A stretch of 64,000 nucleotides of DNA from an uncultured Gemmatimonadaceae bacterium (GTDB taxonomy: Bacteria; Gemmatimonadota; Gemmatimonadetes; Gemmatimonadales; Gemmatimonadaceae), in the NCBI GenBank assembly GCA_963781585.1, contig CAWAGQ010000004.1:544001-608000 (forward strand), read 5' to 3'. Positions 29,587 through 42,445 of the stretch are shown here, one piece after another. How positions within the stretch are numbered: the stretch's first letter is position 1; every line of letters begins with the position of its first letter. The translations under genes were made by a program, and so were the position numbers. The notes under the pieces are model-generated. The model was not told where the DNA came from and did not search any database. It worked only from the letters and a program-made list of their open reading frames with translations.

Positions 29587-30517
29587 TTCCGATCGAGTGG
29601 GGAGCGCGCGAACGGCGGCGCGCTCCGAGTGCGAAGAAAATGGCACCGGGCAGCACTTCTATCACCGTCAACCAGAGTCGTGACGCGACAGCGATCAGCA
29701 CGCTCGTCGCGCTGCCAGCCAGCCCGAGTTGCACCAGAGACGCCGCCAGGGCGGACTCGCGGACAACCAGTCCTCCCGGCACAAAGAGGGTAACGTAGCC
29801 GATCAGATAGGACGCCGTGAAGGCCGCGACGTAGGAGCTCACAGGGCCGGTGGCAGCCGGTGCCACGCCGCGTGAGAACACGTAGAACGCGATTCCATAG
29901 AGCGTCCACGCCGCGAGCGAAGCGGCGCCAGCGATCCAGATCGGCCGGCGAGGCAGCGGTGGTGACTCGAACGTTCGGCCAACCGCGCGTTCCACCACGC
30001 GAAGCATGTACGGAAGGAGCCGTGGAGTGAGGAGCACGGCAACCGCGACCACGACAGCCGCCCCCATGACGATGATGGGTTTGCCGAGAAGACGAGCGCC
30101 GGTCACGGCAACGACACCCACACCAGCCAGGAGCAGCACGACGTTGATCACGACCGAGGATCCTGTGGCCGCGACGGGTTGCACGCCGGCACGTTGGGCC
30201 ATCACACCCATGGCGCCGATCTGCCACACCTTTCCCGGCACGTAGCGACCCAGGTTCGACACGAACCAGATCCGAGCCGCGTCAGGCCAGCTGAGCGCCG
30301 ATCCCCAGTCGCGAACCATGATACGCCAGGTCTCCACGAGCATGGCATACGCGCCGAAGACGATGAGCGCCGACACCACGACGAGAAGCCAGTTCAGGTG
30401 GAATCCGAACCCCTGGGCGCGCGCAGCGCTCCACTGGGCGGCGATGCGTCCCCCCGCGAACCAGAGAACCGCGGCCGCGAACACGACCTGGATTGCGAGA
30501 GCGAGTTTATGACGCAC
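29570..30517 (-). CDS. UPF0104 / lysylphosphatidylglycerol-synthase TM (flippase-like) membrane protein
   Basis: WFVSNLGRYVPGKVW, PGGLVVRE, SRLW motifs; about 8 transmembrane segments; GTG 30517. Confidence 0.78.
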   Translation of the reverse strand: MRHKLALAIQVVFAAAVLWFAGGRIAAQWSAARAQGFGFHLNWLLVVVSALIVFGAYAMLVETWRIMVRDWGSALSWPDAARIWFVSNLGRYVPGKVWQIGAMGVMAQRAGVQPVAATGSSVVINVVLLLAGVGVVAVTGARLLGKPIIVMGAAVVVAVAVLLTPRLLPYMLRVVERAVGRTFESPPLPRRPIWIAGAASLAAWTLYGIAFYVFSRGVAPAATGPVSSYVAAFTASYLIGYVTLFVPGGLVVRESALAASLVQLGLAGSATSVLIAVASRLWLTVIEVLPGAIFFALGARRRSRAPHSIGNASKR

Positions 30518-31670
30518 TCGAGACAAGAGCGGAGCGATAGACCTGGGCATACCGGCGCGCCGCAGTCTCCGGCCCGAAGCGCGCGAGGGCGGATTGCCGA
30601 CCGGCGCGACCGATCTCCGGCCGACGCGGATCGCCGAGTGCGGCGTCGAGGGCAGCGGCCAGAGCGTCAGCTTCCCCGGGGGGCACGAGGTACCCCGTTT
30701 CGCGATGCGTGATGATGTCGGCGAGGCCGCCGGAGGCGAACGCCACCACGGGTGTCTCACAGAGTTGGGCCTCCACCGCCACCATGCCGAAGCCTTCTCC
30801 CAGCGAGGGCACCACGAGCGCAGCAGCGTGGCGATAGACCTCGAGGAGCTGGGGCTGGGGCAGCGTGCCGTGCCACCGGATCCGGTTCGCGATCGCCAGT
30901 TCGGCGGCGCGCGACCGCAGGGCTTCGGCGTCGGGTCCGTCGCCTACCACGTCGAGCTCCGCGGGCCTCGTCATCCGTGCCATCGCCTCGAGCAGCCGTT
31001 CGATTCCCTTCTGTGCGTTGAGGCGACCGACGAACAGCAGCCGGTTCGTATCGCGGGAGTCGCCCGGTGAAAACAGATCGGTTGCGACCGGCATCGGCGC
31101 GATGACCGGATGGACCTTCGGTGCCAGAGCCGAGGCCTCCCGGGCCACCCACTCGGAGACGGCAGTGACGGCGCGCGAGTGCATGAGCACATGGCGAAAG
31201 AGGGGGCGCGCCAGTGCCGTCGCGCGCATCAGCCGAACGTCGGTGCCATGCAGGGTGGTCACCAGCGGCAGGTCCGCGAGTCGCGCCACCCAGGTGCCGA
31301 CCATCCCTCCCGGGAACCACCAGTGCGCATGCACGAGGTCGGGTTGGAATTCGCGGCGGATACGGGTGCCGCTGGCGAACTCCGAGCCGAGGAACCCAAG
31401 GAGCGCGAGTTTGGCGCTGAGTGAGCGCTGGACCTCCTCGGCCATGTATCCCGTGTACGCGAGCCGCTGGTAGCGCCGTGGTGCATAGCGAAAGCGGTGC
31501 ACGGGGATGCCGCCCAGGGTCTCTTCAGCGGGCAGGCTGTCGGCGGCCGGGGCGACAACGGTGACGTCGATCCCCTCAGCCCTGAGCGCCACGGCGAGGT
31601 GGAGCAGGAAGGACCCGGCCGCGTCGCCCGGTTCACGCGGGTAGGAATGGGTCAGGAAGAGGACGCGCAT
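30507..31670 (-). CDS. glycosyltransferase family 4
   Basis: MRVLFLTHSYP, VHAHWWFP, VTTLHGTD, LFVGRLNAQKG, EGFGMVAVEA (EX7E-type). Confidence 0.9.
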   Translation of the reverse strand: MRVLFLTHSYPREPGDAAGSFLLHLAVALRAEGIDVTVVAPAADSLPAEETLGGIPVHRFRYAPRRYQRLAYTGYMAEEVQRSLSAKLALLGFLGSEFASGTRIRREFQPDLVHAHWWFPGGMVGTWVARLADLPLVTTLHGTDVRLMRATALARPLFRHVLMHSRAVTAVSEWVAREASALAPKVHPVIAPMPVATDLFSPGDSRDTNRLLFVGRLNAQKGIERLLEAMARMTRPAELDVVGDGPDAEALRSRAAELAIANRIRWHGTLPQPQLLEVYRHAAALVVPSLGEGFGMVAVEAQLCETPVVAFASGGLADIITHRETGYLVPPGEADALAAALDAALGDPRRPEIGRAGRQSALARFGPETAARRYAQVYRSALVSSAS

Positions 31671-31681
31671 TGGCGCGGCCG

Positions 31682-32764
31682 CTATTGTCCGCGCGCCGAG
31701 CGGAGCTCGTCCATCTGGCGGCGCACCTCGCGCAGTTGCGCACGCAGGCCCGCCACCTGCTCGCCCACCAGCCCGGCGGCGAAGAAGACGCTGCCCAGCA
31801 CCAGGCAGGTGGTGATGATGGTCCAGACCGGTCTTATGCCCTTGCCGGTCAGCGCGAGCGTGACCAGCGCAGCGACGCCCGAGAGCGCGCCTAACGCGAA
31901 CAGCCCGGCCCCCATCATGCCGAACAGCAGCAGGGGCTTCTGCGCGAACCGGATCTCGAACCACACCGACAGCATGTCCAGCACGCCGATCGGAATACGC
32001 GCGATGCCGAACTTCGACTGCCCGGCGTGACGGGGATAGAGCGGCACCTCCACTTCGGTGGCCGAGAATCCCTGCGCTTCCGCGAGGACGATGATGTAGC
32101 GGTGCCAGTCGGGACGCACCGGCACGTGTTCCATGACCTCGCGCCGGTACGCCTTCACGCTGTTCAGGTCGCGGATCCGGGTCTCGAACAACAGCTGGGA
32201 GAGCCGGTTGTAGATGCGGGACACGAAGGCCTTCTCGTACTCACCCTGCTTCCGTCCCGCCACCATGTCGCATTCGCCCTTGAGAATGGGCGCGACGAGA
32301 CGCGGGATGTCCTCCGGCTTGAACTGCAGGTCCGCGGGATAGAAGACCAGCACGCCGCCGCGCGAGTGGAGGTACCCGGTGCGGAGGGCGTCGGCGATGC
32401 CGCGCTGGGCGCGGTGGCGCACGGTGTGCAGAAACGGATACCGCTGGCGCAATTGCTGGAGTACAATCCAGGTATCGTCGGCCGACCCGTCATCGACGAC
32501 GATGACCTCGAACCGCCAGGCCGACGACGCGAATGTCTGCGCGGCCTGCTCCATGAACAGCGGCAGGTTCTCGGCCTCGTCCTTCGCCGGCACGAGCACC
32601 GAGACGTCGACGGACGGCCGCGACATGGCGGGCGAGGCGGGGTCGACCCGCTCCACGTCGACCGGCGTCGTTCGCGGGGCGTCGGACAACGGGAGTTCGG
32701 ACTCGCGCGGCGGGTCGCCGATCCGCGCGGTTCGGCCGGAGGATTCGGCCGTCCGGCGTTCCAT
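31682..32764 (-). CDS. glycosyltransferase family 2 with two C-terminal TM helices (ArnC/GtrB-like)
   Basis: VSVLVPAKDE, VVDDGSAD, ADLQ, HRYI, PRHAGQSKF; ATG overlaps the rpoN stop (alternative start about 32626). Confidence 0.87.
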   Translation of the reverse strand: MERRTAESSGRTARIGDPPRESELPLSDAPRTTPVDVERVDPASPAMSRPSVDVSVLVPAKDEAENLPLFMEQAAQTFASSAWRFEVIVVDDGSADDTWIVLQQLRQRYPFLHTVRHRAQRGIADALRTGYLHSRGGVLVFYPADLQFKPEDIPRLVAPILKGECDMVAGRKQGEYEKAFVSRIYNRLSQLLFETRIRDLNSVKAYRREVMEHVPVRPDWHRYIIVLAEAQGFSATEVEVPLYPRHAGQSKFGIARIPIGVLDMLSVWFEIRFAQKPLLLFGMMGAGLFALGALSGVAALVTLALTGKGIRPVWTIITTCLVLGSVFFAAGLVGEQVAGLRAQLREVRRQMDELRSARGQ

Positions 32765-34257
32765 CAGAGGCGCTTCCGCATGCGAGCCGACAGCACCCCC
32801 AACTGGTCACGGTACTTCGCAACGGTGCGGCGGGCGATGTTCACGCCCTGGTCGCGGAGGACGTTCACGATCGCCTGATCGGTGAGGGGTTCCCTGGGGT
32901 CTTCGCCCTCAACCAGCTTCTGGATCTGGTCCTTGATGCCGCGCGCCGAGACGTCTTCCCCTCCCGTCGTGCTCAACCCCGACGAGAAGAAGAACTTGAG
33001 CGGCAGCACGCCGCGGGGCGTCTGCACGAATTTCTCGTTTGTCACCCGGCTCACCGTGCTCTCGTGCATCCCGATGTGCTCGGCCACCTCACGCAGGGTG
33101 AGGGGCCGGAGGTACTGCACGCCCTTCTCGAGGAAGTCACGCTGCCGCTCGACGATGAAGTTCATGACCTTGAGCATCGTCTGACGCCGTTGTTCGATGG
33201 CCTGGATCATCCAGTTGGCCGAGTTGAGCTTGGAAGAGATGAACTCCTTGTTCTCTCCCTCGAACTTGCGGCGATCGCGCGCCACTTCCTGATAGGCGCG
33301 GCTCAAGCGCAGCCGCGGCAGATTGCCGTCGTTGATGAAGACGTGATATTGCCCGTCGATCTTCTCCACGACCAGGTCGGGCGTGATGTAGTTCTCGGTT
33401 TCGCTTCCGTATCGCAGGCCCGGCTTGGGGTCGAGCTTCGCGATTTCGTCGGCGGCCTGCTGCACCTCCGCTGCGCTCACGCCGAAGCGCTTGGAGATCT
33501 CGCTCCAGCGGTGGCTGATGAGTTCATCGAACGCATCCCGGACCAACTGTCCCTGGATCGTCTCCTGGCGCCCTTCCTCGCGCAGCTGGATCAGGAGACA
33601 TTCGCGCAGGTCGCGGGCGCACACGCCGGGGGGATCGAGCTTCTGGATGATCGCAAGCATCTCCTCCGCTTCCTGCTGGGTGTAGAGGGGCAAGTCGCCC
33701 TCCAGCCCCTCCTTCTCGGCCGCGCTGGCGACCACCTCGTTGATCCCCTCCAGCAGCTCGTCGATGGAACAGGCGAGGTAGCCGTCGTCGTTGATGTTTC
33801 CGACGAACTCCTCGGCCAGGAGGTGCTGGCGCGGCGTCAGATCGAGGAGTGCGACCTGATCGCGGAGGTGGTCATCGAGGTCGCGGCGCTCCACCGAGAC
33901 GGGTTCGAAGTACTCGCGGTCTTCGCGCTGTTCGCGCATGCCGCCGGTCTCGAATCCGTCAAGCAGGATCTCCTCCCAATCGATCTCCCCGTTGTCATCC
34001 TGCTTGGGTTCCTCGACCGCCGTCGGGGTCTCGGTCACGTCGGTTGGGGTTTCGGCGCCGTCCTCCGAGGGCGTTTCCTCCTCCTCCTCGTCTTCCGGCT
34101 CGACGAGCTCGAGGAACGGATTATTGAGCAGCTCCTGCTTGAGGTGCTGCTGGAGATCGAGCAGCGGCATGTAGAGCAGATCCATCGCCTGATACAGGCG
34201 AGGATTGATCTTCAGCTCCTGCCGGAGCTGGGTGCTCTGACTGAGACCGGCCTTCAT
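32764..34257 (-). CDS. rpoN: RNA polymerase sigma-54 factor
   Basis: Q/L-rich region [26 protein letters not shown], RpoN box ARRTVAKYR. Confidence 0.97.
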   Translation of the reverse strand: MKAGLSQSTQLRQELKINPRLYQAMDLLYMPLLDLQQHLKQELLNNPFLELVEPEDEEEEETPSEDGAETPTDVTETPTAVEEPKQDDNGEIDWEEILLDGFETGGMREQREDREYFEPVSVERRDLDDHLRDQVALLDLTPRQHLLAEEFVGNINDDGYLACSIDELLEGINEVVASAAEKEGLEGDLPLYTQQEAEEMLAIIQKLDPPGVCARDLRECLLIQLREEGRQETIQGQLVRDAFDELISHRWSEISKRFGVSAAEVQQAADEIAKLDPKPGLRYGSETENYITPDLVVEKIDGQYHVFINDGNLPRLRLSRAYQEVARDRRKFEGENKEFISSKLNSANWMIQAIEQRRQTMLKVMNFIVERQRDFLEKGVQYLRPLTLREVAEHIGMHESTVSRVTNEKFVQTPRGVLPLKFFFSSGLSTTGGEDVSARGIKDQIQKLVEGEDPREPLTDQAIVNVLRDQGVNIARRTVAKYRDQLGVLSARMRKRL

Positions 34258-35465
34258 CGGCCGGTTCCCTGCGCGGCGAAGCGCGAGCGCAGGCGGGCGG
34301 TGAGGGTAGGTCCAAGGTAGATGCGCGACACCTCCTCGTCGAAGACGAGTTCCTGGACGGTGCCCGAGACCTTGACCTGTCCGTCGAACATGATGTAAGC
34401 CCGATCCACGATATCGAGCGTCTGCTCCACGTTGTGGTCGCTGATCAGCACGCCGATGCCGCGATGGCGCAGCCCGGCCACGATCGACTGAATGTCGTGG
34501 ACTGCGATCGGATCGACGCCGGCGAATGGTTCATCGAGCATCATGAATTTGGGCGAGGTGACGAGGGCACGGGTGATCTCCAGCCGCCGCCGTTCGCCGC
34601 CCGAAAGTGAATATGCCTTGTTGTGACGCAAGTGCTTGATATTGAGCTCGTCCAGCAGAGCCTCCAATCGAGCCCGACGCTCCTCCTTGCTGATAGGCAA
34701 CGTTTCCAGGATGGCCAGGATGTTCTCCTCGACGGTCAACTTCCGGAACACCGAGGGCTCCTGTGAAAGGTATCCGATTCCCCGGCGGGCGCGCCGGTAC
34801 ATCGGCATCCGGGTGATATCCTCGCCGTCGATCCGGATCCGGCCATGGAGGGGGTCGATGAGGCCGACGATCATGTAGAAGGTAGTGGTCTTCCCGGCGC
34901 CGTTGGGGCCGAGCAAGCCGACGATTTCACCCTGGTGCAGCCGGACATCGACGTCGTCCACGACCCGTCGCCGCCGGTACGCCTTGACGAGGCCGTCGGC
35001 TTCGAGCGTGCTCCCGGTAGCCGGGGTTGCGGCCGGCGTGGCGGGGCGCGCCGCGGTGGAGTGTTCGCCGGTGCGCCGCGCCGCGGCCGCCACGGCCGTG
35101 CGGTGCGGCGAGATGTCCTGCCAGACGTCCGGCGCCACACGCGCCCGAACGCCGGGGTCACCAAGGGCACCGACGGGAAATTCCACCAATCCCTGACTCG
35201 TTAGGCGCGGGAGTACGGAGTTGGTCAGGAAGTCCCGGACCTCGTCGAGGCTGAGGCGCCCCGCCTCGCGGTCGGCATCCAGCCCTCGCGCCCGCATGCC
35301 CTCCAGGTAGTCGTTGCGGAACCGGACGGCGACCTGGTCGAGTGTGGCGTAACCGTCCGCATCGGCTTCGCTCAGCACGGAATGGAGCGCGAAGCCCGCC
35401 GAGCGGTCCCCGCCGACCCGCTGCTCGAGCAGGTCGCGGATATGCGGTGGCAGCGACGCGCTCAC
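34254..35465 (-). CDS. lptB: LPS export ABC transporter ATPase LptB with a ~150-aa N-terminal extra domain
   Basis: [48 protein letters not shown]; located between lptA-like and rpoN; GTGA overlap with the upstream gene. Confidence 0.92.
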   Translation of the reverse strand: MSASLPPHIRDLLEQRVGGDRSAGFALHSVLSEADADGYATLDQVAVRFRNDYLEGMRARGLDADREAGRLSLDEVRDFLTNSVLPRLTSQGLVEFPVGALGDPGVRARVAPDVWQDISPHRTAVAAAARRTGEHSTAARPATPAATPATGSTLEADGLVKAYRRRRVVDDVDVRLHQGEIVGLLGPNGAGKTTTFYMIVGLIDPLHGRIRIDGEDITRMPMYRRARRGIGYLSQEPSVFRKLTVEENILAILETLPISKEERRARLEALLDELNIKHLRHNKAYSLSGGERRRLEITRALVTSPKFMMLDEPFAGVDPIAVHDIQSIVAGLRHRGIGVLISDHNVEQTLDIVDRAYIMFDGQVKVSGTVQELVFDEEVSRIYLGPTLTARLRSRFAAQGTGR

Positions 35466-36970
35466 CGCGGAGGCTTCCGCGGCGGAGCGCCGGGCGCCGC
35501 CTTTCGCCCGGGAGTCCGGGACGCGCCAGTCGTGTCGGGAACCAGGTACAGCCCTGCGGCCTTGTCCTGGATCGTGACGGTCGAGACCTCGCCCCTGGCG
35601 AACTCGATGTGGATGATCCGGCCGCGCGCGTAGTTGATCCCCGGCTTGGCGCGGTCGCCCTTCTCCGCCGGCACCTGGTAGAACGAACTCGCCTGCCCCG
35701 AGGCGACGATGTCGTGGACCTGCGGCCGCGAGGTGGTATCGCTGGGCGGGATCGAGTCGAACCGGGCGACGATCGTGTCCCCGCGCAACCAGTCGCGCTC
35801 GCCTGACTTCACTTTCATCGTGTCGGGCGGATCCGATTCGGCGTACGCCTTCCCGATGGCCCGCAGCAGCCGGACCCGCTGATGTGGCATGACGATGTCG
35901 AGGGAGTCTGCGACGATCGTTCGCTCCGGCGTGACCGCGGTGGCGCCGGCCGGCCCGAAGGCGAATGCGCGACTCAGTTTGCTGTCGGCGACCCGGAGGT
36001 CGATCGTGTCGGACGTCAGCGTCAGTTCCTTGCTCTCGGCGCGGGCTGAGTCGATCGCCAGAACGCGATCAAGCGACCGGGTTGCCCCGAACAGGTCGAT
36101 CACCCGGCCATGGAGCGTGAACGGCTCCGAACCGTGGCTCACGATCACCGGTTTCTTCATCAGCCGCGAATAGTGGCGCTCGGTGTCGGCCGTCCCCGAG
36201 TCGCCCGTCGCCACGAGGTCCTCGCGATCCAGCACCACCTTCCCTGACGCGTAGAACTTCGTCTCGCCCTCGCCAACGATCACGTCTGCGTTGAGCGTTG
36301 CGGGGGGCTGCGGCCGTCCAAGCGAATCCTTCTCTGTGTATGTGAGGGTCGGGCGTTCGGTCGCGACCAGCCGTGCTTGCGTTCGGATGCCCTCCACCGC
36401 CCGGAAGTATTCGGCGCGCGAGCCCACCATTACCCCGCCGCTGTCGGGCTCCTCAGCGCGCACGTTTCCCTCGAACAGGAGGCGCTCGTCTGTCTGGTAG
36501 TAGGTGACGCGGTCGGCGTCGATCGCGATGCGCGGCTCGCGGTAGTGCACATGACCGATGAGGATGTGCAGTCGGTTCGCCTCGTAGCTCTCACCGCTGT
36601 CAGCCGAGATGGTGATGTCCTGCGCGCGACACTTTCCGCGGATCCCTTCACCGATGTACGTCGTGTACGCCCCGGTTACGAGATCCTTGACGCGGAACGT
36701 CGTGGTGTTGGGCGTGTTGGGAAGGTCGAGCAGGCAGCGCCGGCCCTCGTCGGGAGGTCCGGCGGCAGCCGGGGCGCCTGGGGACGGGGCGGCGCGCGGT
36801 GCATGCGCGGTGTCCGGCGGGGGCGCGGCGTGTGTCGTATCGGGTGCTCGCGGCGGGACGGCGGCCGAGGCGGCCGGCCCAGGTGACGGTGCCGCTTTCG
36901 GGCCGTGGGCACACCCGCCCGCGACCAGCAACACACCAAGCGCCACACCGAGTTCTGGACGGCGCGTCAT
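35462..36970 (-). CDS. extended LptA/OstA-like beta-jellyroll lipoprotein
   Basis: Lipobox-like AGGC, Pro-rich linker, repeated jellyroll motifs (ISADS, IDADRV, GNVR, LTSDTI, LRGDTI); located between lptC and lptB. Confidence 0.72.
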   Translation of the reverse strand: MTRRPELGVALGVLLVAGGCAHGPKAAPSPGPAASAAVPPRAPDTTHAAPPPDTAHAPRAAPSPGAPAAAGPPDEGRRCLLDLPNTPNTTTFRVKDLVTGAYTTYIGEGIRGKCRAQDITISADSGESYEANRLHILIGHVHYREPRIAIDADRVTYYQTDERLLFEGNVRAEEPDSGGVMVGSRAEYFRAVEGIRTQARLVATERPTLTYTEKDSLGRPQPPATLNADVIVGEGETKFYASGKVVLDREDLVATGDSGTADTERHYSRLMKKPVIVSHGSEPFTLHGRVIDLFGATRSLDRVLAIDSARAESKELTLTSDTIDLRVADSKLSRAFAFGPAGATAVTPERTIVADSLDIVMPHQRVRLLRAIGKAYAESDPPDTMKVKSGERDWLRGDTIVARFDSIPPSDTTSRPQVHDIVASGQASSFYQVPAEKGDRAKPGINYARGRIIHIEFARGEVSTVTIQDKAAGLYLVPDTTGASRTPGRKAAPGAPPRKPPR

Positions 36971-37515
36971 GGCTTCGGAATACGGACGGGTTGTCCACTG
37001 GCCTTGGCACCGCGCAGAATCCGCATGTGATTCATATCCGGATCGGAAATGAAGCCGATGCCTTCCACCACCCGATCGGATTCGGTCATCGTGAACGCAC
37101 TGTCGCTGGAGATCTCGTTGCTGGCGGAGTTGTACTTGAGCTGCTGGGTCTCCAGCTTGCGGCCGTCCTCGCTGACCACGACGACGTTTCCGCGTGCCTC
37201 CATATCTCCGGTGCGCATCCGGTAGGTGCCGGCGAGCGATGTGAGCACGGCGTTCTTGACCCCCTCGGCCGTGAAGAACGTCGTTCGCACCTGCTTGAGT
37301 TCAGTGCGCGTGTTCTCGTCGTAGGTCAATGCGGTATCCGCCATCACTTCGCCGTGTCGGACGCCGGCGTCGGTCAGCAGAAAGTGCACGCCGAACGCCA
37401 TCTGTTCAGCGGAATCCGGCAGGACGTTGGCGTGCAGGACGGGCGGCGACCTGGGTTCCTGACACGCGACGAAGGCGCAGCACATGGCGATTCGGATGAG
37501 GATTCGGGTACTCAC
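36967..37515 (-). CDS. lptC: LPS export protein LptC
   Basis: VAC lipobox-like N-terminus; ARGNVVV, LETQQLKY, ISSD, GIGF jellyroll motifs; located after kdsD. Confidence 0.78.
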   Translation of the reverse strand: MSTRILIRIAMCCAFVACQEPRSPPVLHANVLPDSAEQMAFGVHFLLTDAGVRHGEVMADTALTYDENTRTELKQVRTTFFTAEGVKNAVLTSLAGTYRMRTGDMEARGNVVVVSEDGRKLETQQLKYNSASNEISSDSAFTMTESDRVVEGIGFISDPDMNHMRILRGAKASGQPVRIPKP

Positions 37516-38477
37516 GCCACCCCAGCTCTCATGAGATCATGCAAGTGCGCCACGCCCACGACTCGGCGGGCGTCGTCCACCACGGGCATCGCCATGATGC
37601 CGATTTGCTCCATCCGGTACACCACCGCACTCGCAAGTTCCTCTGAGTGCGCGACTTTGGGCGAGCGCGTCATGACGCGCTCGAGCGGGATGTCGAAGAT
37701 GTCGCTGGTGTGCTCGAGCAGCCGGGTGAGATCCCCCGCGGTGAAGACGCCCGCGACCTGCTGATCGTCCCCCACCGCGACGACGATCCCGCGCCGCTCC
37801 GCAAGCCAGACCACTGCCTCGCGCATCCTCGCGGATGGAGGAAGCAACGGCAGGCGGTCGGTCTCCATGACCTCGCGCACGCGCATGATCAGCTTCCGGC
37901 CCAGCGAGCCCCCGGGATGCAGCCGCGCGAAATCTTCACGCCGAAATCCCTTGCGCTGCAGGACCGCCACGGCGAGCGCGTCTCCCAGGGCCAGCGCCGC
38001 GGTGGTGCTCGTGGTCGGCGCCAGATCGTGCGGGCACGCTTCCTCGCGGACGGCCGCGTCCATCACGGCATCGCATTCCCGCGCCAACGTCGAATCGGGA
38101 GCGCCGGTGAGCGCGATGGTCTTCACACCGAAGCGCCTGAGGTGCTGAAGGAGCGCCAGCAGTTCCCCGGATTCACCGCTTTTCGAGAGCAGGATGGCGA
38201 CATCGCCGTCGCCCACGATTCCCAGGTCGCCGTGCAGACTTTCGACCGGGTGGAGGAACGCGGCCGGCGTGCCGGTGGAGGCGAGCGTAGCGGCGATCTT
38301 TCGCCCCACGTGACCCGACTTGCCCAGACCCGAAACGATCACGCGTCCCGGCGCTGCCGCCACGAGGTCGACGGCCCGCGCGAAGTCGTCTCCGATACGT
38401 TGCTCCATGCGCGCGATGGCCTCGGCCTCCAGCCGAAGAACCCGGCGCGCCGTAGCGATCGCTTCGTCGCGCGTCAC
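37512..38477 (-). CDS. kdsD: arabinose-5-phosphate isomerase (KpsF/GutQ, SIS + 2 CBS)
   Basis: GLGKSGHVGRKIAAT, HGDLG, SKSGES, EACPHDLAPTTST, HPGGSLG. Confidence 0.93.
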   Translation of the reverse strand: MTRDEAIATARRVLRLEAEAIARMEQRIGDDFARAVDLVAAAPGRVIVSGLGKSGHVGRKIAATLASTGTPAAFLHPVESLHGDLGIVGDGDVAILLSKSGESGELLALLQHLRRFGVKTIALTGAPDSTLARECDAVMDAAVREEACPHDLAPTTSTTAALALGDALAVAVLQRKGFRREDFARLHPGGSLGRKLIMRVREVMETDRLPLLPPSARMREAVVWLAERRGIVVAVGDDQQVAGVFTAGDLTRLLEHTSDIFDIPLERVMTRSPKVAHSEELASAVVYRMEQIGIMAMPVVDDARRVVGVAHLHDLMRAGVA

Positions 38478-39082
38478 GAAAGCTGCTCCGACACGCGACT
38501 CATTACGTACTGATCCACCAGGCCGTCCCATTCGCCGCGGGCGCGCAGCAGCAACTCGGCGAATTCGCGCACTGCCCCCTCGCCGCCGCACCTGGTGAGT
38601 TGCAGGGCCGCGCATCGCCGGGCATCGAGGCTGCAATTGGCCACCACCACCGGCAGCCCGACGGCGCGGAGCACGGCGAGGTCGGGCAGGTCGTCGCCCA
38701 CGAACGCGGCCTCCTCGAATTCCAGCTTGTGGCGCGCCAGTACGCGCCGCAGTGCCGGGAGCTTCCGCGCGTGCTCGTCCTGCACGACGTCGTCGATCCC
38801 AAGCTCCTTCGCGCGCAGTGCGACGCTCTCGGAAACGCGGCCGGTAATGATGGTGGTCACGATGCCGGCCCGCTGCAGCATCTTCATACCGATGCCGTCC
38901 TGAATGTCGTAGCGCTTGAACTCGAGTCGCTTTCCGGCGACGTCGCCGAGGTAGATGCCGCCGTCGGTGAGAACGCCGTCGACGTCGAAGCCCACGAGGC
39001 GAATGCGACGAGCCAGGGCGCGATCGATTCGTGGCGGTGCCGCTGGCCGGTTGACGGCGGCGCGAGGCGACCGGGGTGTCAC
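38474..39082 (-). CDS. kdsC: KDO-8-phosphate phosphatase
   Basis: FDVDGVLTDG, DGIG, ITGR, VGDDLPD, GGEGAVRE. Confidence 0.92.
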   Translation of the reverse strand: MTPRSPRAAVNRPAAPPRIDRALARRIRLVGFDVDGVLTDGGIYLGDVAGKRLEFKRYDIQDGIGMKMLQRAGIVTTIITGRVSESVALRAKELGIDDVVQDEHARKLPALRRVLARHKLEFEEAAFVGDDLPDLAVLRAVGLPVVVANCSLDARRCAALQLTRCGGEGAVREFAELLLRARGEWDGLVDQYVMSRVSEQLS

Positions 39083-39936
39083 GCGTGTACCGCGTCCCAG
39101 ACGCGCCGCACTTTCCCGATCAGGCCTTCCAGATCGGTCAGCGGCAGCATGTTCGGGCCGTCGCTCGGAGCGCGATCGGGATCGGGGTGGGTTTCCAGAA
39201 AGAGGCCGTCTGCGCCGGCGGCCACCGCCGCACATGCGAGGGCGGGAATGAACTCGCGGGCGCCGCCGCTCGCGCCTCCCTGCCCCAGTCCCGGACGCTG
39301 TACCGAGTGCGTGGCGTCGAACACGACCGGCGCTCCAGTGGCGTTTCGCAGGCGACCGAATGTCCGCATGTCCACCACCAGGTCGCCGTACCCGAAGAAC
39401 GTGCCGCGCTCAGTGATTGCCACGGGGAAAGGGAGGCCCTGGGCTGCCACGCGTGCGCCCGGGTCATCAGCTCCGGCTGCGTGCCGCCGCGCTCCCAGCA
39501 CCTTCTCCAGGGCGCCGCACATGCCTTCCGGTGTCATCCACTGTCCCTTCTTCACGTTCACCGGGCGGCCAGTCGCGCCGGCCGCTTCGAGGAGATCGGT
39601 CTGGCGGCAGAGGAACGCGGGAATCTGCAGGACATCGACCACGCGTGACGCCGCCGTGCACTGATCGGGGAGATGTACGTCGGTGAGCAGGGCGAGTCCC
39701 GACGCAGCGCGGACCCGGGCCAGCCTTGTGAGCCCCTCATCGAGGCCCGGGCCGCGGTGGGCGCCGGCGTTCGCACGGTTGGCCTTGTCGAAGCTCGCCT
39801 TGAAGATCACGCCTCCCGGCACGAGGGGCGCAAGCCGCGCGAGCTCGTCGGCGACTCGCAGGTTCAGCGTGTCGTCCTCGAGCACGCACGGCCCCGCGAT
39901 GAGAAACAGCTGCCCGCGCGGGAAGCCGTCGAGCAT
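39079..39936 (-). CDS. kdsA: KDO-8-phosphate synthase
   Basis: IAGPCVLE, FKASFDKANR, LQIPAFLCRQTDL, NVKKGQ, FDATHSVQ, ETHPDP..A.SDG. Confidence 0.95.
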   Translation of the reverse strand: MLDGFPRGQLFLIAGPCVLEDDTLNLRVADELARLAPLVPGGVIFKASFDKANRANAGAHRGPGLDEGLTRLARVRAASGLALLTDVHLPDQCTAASRVVDVLQIPAFLCRQTDLLEAAGATGRPVNVKKGQWMTPEGMCGALEKVLGARRHAAGADDPGARVAAQGLPFPVAITERGTFFGYGDLVVDMRTFGRLRNATGAPVVFDATHSVQRPGLGQGGASGGAREFIPALACAAVAAGADGLFLETHPDPDRAPSDGPNMLPLTDLEGLIGKVRRVWDAVHA

Positions 39937-39938
39937 GT

Positions 39939-42370
<2,432 letters not shown>

Positions 42371-42402
42371 GCACCCGGAAAGCGTGGGAGGGCGTGCGTC
42401 GA

Positions 42403-42418
42403 TGCAAAAGGCACGCCA
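42403..42418 (-). promoter_or_regulatory. putative sigma54 (-24/-12) promoter or binding site upstream of kdsB
   Basis: Minus strand reads TGGCGTGCCTTTTGCA = GG-N10-GC, against consensus TGGCACG-N4-TTGCW. Confidence 0.55.
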
Positions 42419-42445
42419 TTCAAGTTATAGGCCGGTGGGTGCGAA

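Noticed and set aside
39420..39500. Short Ala/Gly-rich insertions in KdsA (and in MqnA near 50590-50660)
   Set aside because: Probably variable surface loops; catalytic motifs are intact and nothing suggests an intein or new domain.
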